Shown: in pieces, positions 18,842-24,262 of the stretch
Numbering within the stretch: position 1 is the first letter of the stretch
How the letters are laid out: the number at the start of each line of letters is the position of its first letter
The notes under the pieces: model-generated
What the model was told of the DNA's origin: nothing
What the model saw: the letters and a program-made list of their open reading frames with translations, nothing else
Database searches by the model: none
DNA from: Octopus sinensis
Lineage: Eukaryota
Assembly: GCF_006345805.1 (NCBI RefSeq)
Contig: NW_021836595.1
Location: 1 to 24,262, forward strand
Length of the DNA: 24,262 nucleotides
Direction of reading: 5' to 3'
Position numbers and translations under genes: made by a program

Positions 18842-19000
18842 GAATAAAAAAAGACGAGAAAAATAGACTAAGAAAAAAACGGGGAACAGAAGAACAGAAG
18901 AATAATAAATAATAAATAATAAAATAATATAAAATAGAATAATAAAATAGAACGAAAGCAGAAAGAGAAAAATAAATAGATAAAAAAAAAAAAAGAATAG
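18392..19000. repeat. Long interrupted (AAT)n microsatellite and A-rich low complexity
   Basis: Direct reading; source of the 245-aa poly-L/Y/I ORF. Confidence 0.95.
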
Positions 19001-19381
19001 AAAATGGTAAACCTGCAATATCTTAGATCAGCGATCTAAGAACAAAAGTTTAAAAAAATCTGCTCTTTTTTTTAGAAGGAATCACAGCTAAATTCGTCAA
19101 CATATTGTTTACCATTGATAAGAATTTGAGAAAGAAGGAACGAGTTTTTTAAGTCTTTGTTCACCGCAGCAAATGTTTTATTCATTCCCAGTAGAAAGAA
19201 GCAGGTGAAAATATCCTTAACAGAACCAATGCCACTCGCAGTGGAACCTCAAAAGAAACGTATTAATTCTCAGGAGGCGAGAAACATTTGCTGAAAGACT
19301 GGTATTTCGGAAAAAAAATGATGATAATAAATAAACGGCGATGAAAGAAAAAAAGTTTTTTGCTTTCTTCGTCTTTTTATG

Positions 19382-19386
19382 TATAT

Positions 19387-19424
<38 letters not shown>
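19382..19424. repeat. (TA)n microsatellite
   Basis: Direct reading. Confidence 0.95.
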
Positions 19425-19427
<3 letters not shown>

Positions 19428-19587
19428 TAGATGTGACATGTGTGTATTATATGTGTGTGTGCGTGTTGTGTTTCAGTATGTGAGAGACAGGATAGGTGAG
19501 AGAATTGATTTTTGCTAGGTTATGCGAAGTACACCGAAGAGTATGCATTCCATATTAACTGTAACAGAGGTTACCATACCATATGGT

Positions 19588-19633
19588 AGCAGCAGCAGCA
19601 GCAGCAGTAGCAGTAATGGTTGTTGTTGTTCTT

Positions 19634-19671
<38 letters not shown>

Positions 19672-19710
19672 CGCAGCAGCAGCGGTGGTAGCAGTAGTAA
19701 TAGTAGTAGT
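19588..19710. repeat. (AGC)n/(AGT)n trinucleotide array
   Basis: Direct reading. Confidence 0.9.
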
Positions 19711-19826
19711 CTTAGACACAGAGAAATTTTGGGGAGAAGAAAAAAAACAGTCGATCAGACAAAAAATGTATCGCGGGTTCCTCGTGCAACAGGTAACTAT
19801 TTAGTTGCTACCTCTTTTATTTAGAC

Positions 19827-20051
19827 CAATGTTTCTCAATTATTTTTTTTACCTATGGACCCCTTTGATTCCTATTCTTTTCGGGTGAACCGTCAAAGTC
19901 ATTTGATGTGTAAAAATATTCTATTATATTTTTATAATCAAATATTATTAAGAACTGTATAAAAAAATTTATAATTTTATAAGTATAATCAATTTCTAGC
20001 AGATACATTTTAACAACAAAATTTTACATGGACCTCGATTGAGAACCAATG
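19827..20051. mobile_element. hAT-superfamily MITE (225 bp)
   Basis: Imperfect 13-bp TIRs CAATGTTTCTCAA (19827-19839) and TTGAGAACCAATG (20039-20051), of the CAGTGGTTCTCAA type; perfect 8-bp TSD ATTTAGAC at 19819-19826 and 20052-20059; subterminal ATGGACC at 19855 and 20028; AT-rich interior. Confidence 0.85.
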
Positions 20052-20065
20052 ATTTAGACCAATGG

Positions 20066-20112
20066 GAAACTAGTATTATGTCAGCCAAAATGGCTGACAT
20101 AATACTAGTTTC
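20066..20112. repeat. Perfect 22-bp inverted repeat with 3-nt loop
   Basis: GAAACTAGTATTATGTCAGCCA (20066-20087), AAA, TGGCTGACATAATACTAGTTTC (20091-20112). Confidence 0.97.
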
Positions 20113-20383
20113 TTAGCTCTCGCCTAGACAGGATGAGGACAATTTTCCAGTAGAACGTCGGTCGTTAAAACCATGTGACAGAATCAGTTGTTTGTGCTAT
20201 GTTAAATAACAAGAGACGTTTAACTGAATGAAAAACCAATTTGCTGTAATATCTATTTCATTAGATTACAACCACGTCCATTAATTTTGCTTCTATTTAC
20301 TTAAAGCACAATCCATTGGTATCACATGAGACATTGCACTTTTAACCGAACTAATATTTACCACATTATTTCTTACAAGGAAT

Positions 20384-20599
20384 GCGTCGTGCTGACAGAG
20401 CCGTTAACGCGCTGGACAAACTTCCAAGCGTAATTTCTTTCGACCTTTTATATTCTAGGTTCAAATACTGCCAAGTTCAACTTTGCTTTTCATCCTTTGA
20501 GAGCGATACAATAAAGTACCATTTAAGTACTGGAACCAATGTAATCGACCAACCCGCTCTCCCAAAATTTCAGGCCTTGTGCCTATAGTAGGAGAGATT
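20384..20599 (+). mobile_element. SINE B, diverged full-length short-tail copy
   Basis: gcgtcgtgctgacagagccgttaacgcg...ggttcaaatactgcc...cccaaaatttcaggccttgtgcctatagtagg. Confidence 0.8.
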
Positions 20600-20617
20600 A
20601 CTATTTTTTATTAATTA

Positions 20618-20807
20618 AAGCAGCAACATGGCAAAATCGTCAGCATATCAAATTGCTCAGCGGCATTTCTTCAGACACGATGTTCTTAGATCAAATTCCG
20701 TCTTTGCCATTCGTCCTTTCGGGGTCAACAGTCAAATACTAGGGTCGATGTAATCGACTACTCTTCCCTCTACAATTGCTGACCTTGTGCCAAGATTAGA
20801 AAGGGTT
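20618..20807 (+). mobile_element. SINE B, diverged, tandem to the previous copy
   Basis: tggcaaaatcgtcagca...gatcaaattccg...gggtcgatgtaatcgact...ttgctgaccttgtgccaagattaga. Confidence 0.8.
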
Positions 20808-21186
20808 ATTCTATACAAGGCATAGTTTTTTTTTACTGCAGCCATAGTTCCCGTGAACAACAAAACTACTAAATACCCAGTGACATATGAAGTACCCCAG
20901 AACAGAACACAGTTACACAGTTTCTGTACGCATTATAGAAATACTCACTCTGCTACCCAACTCTGACAAACATAAAAAACACAATATGTACGAAAAATGT
21001 TATATAGGGAAAGGTAACTTCCAGTGCTGGTTCTAACTGTTGTGCAAAATCTGTAGAGAAAACAATAAAAAGCCATTGATTAGCACTGCTTACTCACATG
21101 TCACACAGTATTATCTTGTAAGCTTTCAATATACTTGGTAATATGCTATGGTTGAATAATGAAACGCGGTGTCCCTACCAGCAATT

Positions 21187-21511
21187 TAAAGACTCCGCCG
21201 GTTACGACGACGAGGGTCCCAGCTGATACGATCAACGGAACAGCTTGCTCGTGAAATTAACGTGCAAATGGCTGAGCATTCCACAGACACGTGTACCCTT
21301 AACGTAGTTCTCGGGGATAATCAGCGTGACACAGAGAGTGACAAGGCTGACCCTTTGAAATACAAGTACAACTCATTTTTGCCAGCTGAGTGGACTGGAG
21401 CAACGTGAAATAAAGTGTCTTGCTCAAGGACACAACGCGTCGCCGGGAATCGAACTCACAACCTTACGATCATGAGCCGAATGCCCTAACCACTAAGCCA
21501 CGCGCCCTCAC
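21187..21511 (-). mobile_element. Chimeric SINE: head/core D with the family E tail, 15-bp TSD
   Basis: Perfect direct repeat TCCCTACCAGCAATT at 21172-21186 and 21512-21526; A box at 21500-21490, B box GTTCGATTCC at 21455-21446; 21371-21511 matches the 2719 copy and 21190-21370 matches the tail of the 11325 copy. Confidence 0.95.
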
Positions 21512-21537
21512 TCCCTACCAGCAATTAATATCTTGCT

Positions 21538-21754
21538 GAGACCCCCTTCGGTCATGACTGACCATGCGAATTGCACCTAGAATGTTACCCTCCCAGGCAC
21601 GAGTCCGGGCAAGGTTGTTTATGGAAGACCAGCAGTCGCCCATGCATACCGGCGTCCCCTCTCCACGCCACCAATGTTATCCAAGGGAAACGCAAGGGCC
21701 AATACAGCTTGGCACCCGTGACGTCGCAACTCATTTCTACAGCTGAGCGAACTG
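21538..21754 (-). mobile_element. 5'-truncated SINE, D core end with tail Y
   Basis: Reverse complement cagctgtagaaatgagttgcgacgtcacgggtgccaagctgta... aligns with 3885-4042. Confidence 0.82.
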
Positions 21755-21769
21755 TTATTTACTATACAC

Positions 21770-21870
21770 TAAATTTGCCTTTGATTCTTCCGGGGTCTGT
21801 AAGATAAAGTTCGACTCTGTTACAGGAACTGATTATATAATCGACTGTTCTTACCCCTCAAAAATTTACA
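21770..21870 (+). mobile_element. Highly diverged SINE B 3' part
   Basis: aatttgcctttgattcttccggggtc...tataatcgact...acccctcaaaaattt. Confidence 0.45.
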
Positions 21871-22343
21871 CTCTGAAATATCTAAAACATCCCTGACCCA
21901 TGAGCCCCAAACAATGTGTCGTGATGTGCGCTACCAATTATCAGTACTAAAGAATACTAACTATTGCACTATGACTGAGACTACTTCACCTGTCACAGAC
22001 GCAGCCACTGCCAGAATTTTTGTGGGTACAGAAATAGACAGGGTAGTGGTGAGGGTTCAGTGTGTCACGAGTATTATGGTGCACCCTATATGATTCATTA
22101 CTGCATGTCGAGGTATGTTTTGTAGGCTTCAACCAAGAAGAGATATGGTAGAATTGGGAAATGGATTTGGGACTCGCGCACCTCATCCATCAGCCGAGTA
22201 GCTTTGAGCCATAGGACTTACTGGATCAGATCTGTCCTGGGGCTCCAAAACAACCGTATCACAGTTTCACCGCTATTAAAAGCCCTCTAAAATAGTGCCA
22301 CTATACGATACTTTAATAAAAGTAAAGCAACCGATGGACATAG

Positions 22344-22560
22344 TATTGATTTCAAATCTTGACACAAGGCCAGCAACTTCGGAGGAGGGGGTAAGTCAAT
22401 TACATCGACCCCAGTATTCAACTAGTACTTTTTTTTATCGACCTCGAAAGGAAAAAGACAAAGACGACCTCGGCGGAGTTTGAACTCAGAACATAAAGAC
22501 GGGTGAAATGTCACTAAACTTTTTGGCCGGAGCACTAACGATTCCGCCCGCTTGCTGCCT
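22344..22560 (-). mobile_element. SINE B, full length, short-tail variant
   Basis: Reverse complement aggcagcaagcgggcggaatcgttagtgc...gttcaaactccgccgaggtcg...gctggccttgtgtcaagatttgaaatc. Confidence 0.88.
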
Positions 22561-22561
22561 T

Positions 22562-22781
22562 TTGGTTTCAAATTTTGGCAGGAGACTAGAAGGTTCGGGG
22601 GAGAAGGGGTAAGACAATTTACATTGCTCCCAGCGTTCAACTGGTACTTATTTTATCGGCCTCGAAAGGAGAAAAGGCAAAGTCGACCACGGCGGAATTT
22701 GAACTCAGAACGTAAGGACGGGCGAAAATGCCGCTAAGCATTTTCCCCGGCGTGCCAACGATTCTGCCAGCTCGTCCACCT
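22562..22781 (-). mobile_element. SINE B, full length, tandem to the previous copy
   Basis: Reverse complement aggtggacgagctggcagaatcgttggcacg...gttcaaattccgccgtggtcgac...ccaaaatttgaaacc. Confidence 0.88.
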
Positions 22782-22896
22782 AAACTGATGATTACTTTAT
22801 TGAAACGTCATCACCACGACAACGTCCATATGGTCTCTTGACCAAACTAGAAAAAGGCAACCATATCTCCCTCAAATCACACACTACACCACAACT

Positions 22897-22990
22897 GCCA
22901 CCACCACCACAGCAACACTTCACTACCACTATACCACACACTGCATCACCATTATACAACACTACCACAACCGCCACCACCACTACTCTA

Positions 22991-23038
<48 letters not shown>

Positions 23039-23367
23039 TACTATTACTGCTGCTACTACTACTACTACTATTGCTACACCATACCATCACTTATTACTCC
23101 GCACGACCACACCGCCAATAAACTATCAGCCGTACTACGGCGTCACTACCACCACCACCATTACAACTAGCACCAGCACCACCACCACTACCACCGCAAC
23201 CATCACCACTACCGCCACCACTACAACCATCACCACCACAACCACTACAACCAATACAGTTGTATTGCAGCTGTTGCTAACACTAATAACTATATTAATA
23301 TTTATGGCGATTTACTAATATAACCTGATATTGTTTTGCTGTGTCGACCCTACTACTACTACTACTA

Positions 23368-23398
<31 letters not shown>

Positions 23399-23517
23399 TA
23401 CTACTACTACTACTACTACTGTTTTTACTTTTACTGCCCCACCCCCACCCCGCAGAAACTCCATAACTACCGACATCAACGCCGACGTCATTGCTATTAC
23501 TAATAATGATACTACCA

Positions 23518-23549
<32 letters not shown>

Positions 23550-23690
23550 AATCGTCACTACCGTTACCACAACTACTACTACCTCCACCACTACTACTAT
23601 CTTCACCACCACCGCCACCACTGCCACCAACACCACCACCATTATTCCTACGACTATCACCACTATTTCTTCCTCACGACTACCACTGCT
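22897..23690. repeat. Degenerate (CCA)n/(CTA)n trinucleotide region
   Basis: Direct reading; purer (CTA)n at about 22984-23036 and 23351-23420. Confidence 0.9.
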
Positions 23691-23721
23691 ACAAGTATGC
23701 AAACACCATCAAAATCGCCTT

Positions 23722-23812
23722 CATCATCATCATCATCATCATCATCATCGTCATCATCATCATCATCATCATTATCATCATCATCATCATCATCATTATC
23801 ATCATCATCATC

Positions 23813-23865
<53 letters not shown>

Positions 23866-23898
23866 CATCATCGTCATCATCATATCATCATCATCATC

Positions 23899-23951
<53 letters not shown>

Positions 23952-23970
23952 CATCATCGTCATCATCATT

Positions 23971-24001
<31 letters not shown>

Positions 24002-24262
24002 CCATCATCACCATCATCATCATCATCACCATCATCATTATCATTATCATCATCATCATTATCATAATCCTCATCATCATCATCATCAGCAGCAGCAGCT
24101 CCATCACCATCACCATCAAAATCATCATCATCATCATCCTCATTATCATCATCATCATCATCGTCGTCGTCATCACCACGTCGACGCCATTGCTAGTTTT
24201 ATACTAACGCAGTCGCCCATCACTACCACCATCACTACCGCCTGCATCGCCGCATCATCATC
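23722..24262. repeat. Long (CAT)n microsatellite, degenerating towards the window end
   Basis: Direct reading; source of the poly-H, poly-I and poly-M ORFs. Confidence 0.95.

Noticed and set aside
18281-19018. 245-aa minus-strand ORF
   Set aside because: Translation of the (AAT)n array (poly-L/Y/I).
19021-19041. 9-bp hairpin TCTTAGATC-agc-GATCTAAGA and its partial inverted match near 18298
   Set aside because: Too short to exceed chance; no TSD or other support for a TIR element around the (AAT)n array.
22785-22815. CTGATGA...GAAACGTC hammerhead-like spacing
   Set aside because: No pairing in stem II or stem I.
23491-24207. 238-aa His/Ile/Thr-rich ORF and antisense Met-rich ORFs, superficially like histidine-rich beak proteins or reflectins
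   Set aside because: All are translations of (CAT)n and (CTA)n microsatellites; no reflectin motif or other domain is present and the frames shift with repeat slippage.

Overview
Repeat-saturated, AT-rich animal non-coding DNA (intron or intergenic), most likely octopus. The species call is an inference from SINE families I recognise and was not checked by search. No host protein-coding gene can be supported: the long ORFs in the track are translations of microsatellites or repeats. The window holds about 30 copies or fragments of tRNA-derived SINEs (my labels B, C, D, E; several have clear target-site duplications), two copies of an (ATT)n-flanked repeat (label A), a decayed L1/Tx1-type ORF2 fragment (9585-10330, minus), a hAT-type MITE with an 8-bp TSD (19827-20051) and many microsatellites. 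Best leads: (1) a complete type I hammerhead ribozyme fold at 17198-17301 with a long structured stem II and a palindromic mini stem III, inside a (TA)n-flanked Penelope-like relic, plus a degenerate second one at 675-712; (2) modular head/core/tail swapping among the SINEs at one fixed junction; (3) two perfect fold-back hairpins (63-bp arms at 8088-8232, 22-bp arms at 20066-20112); (4) inverted young SINE pairs that could form ADAR substrates.
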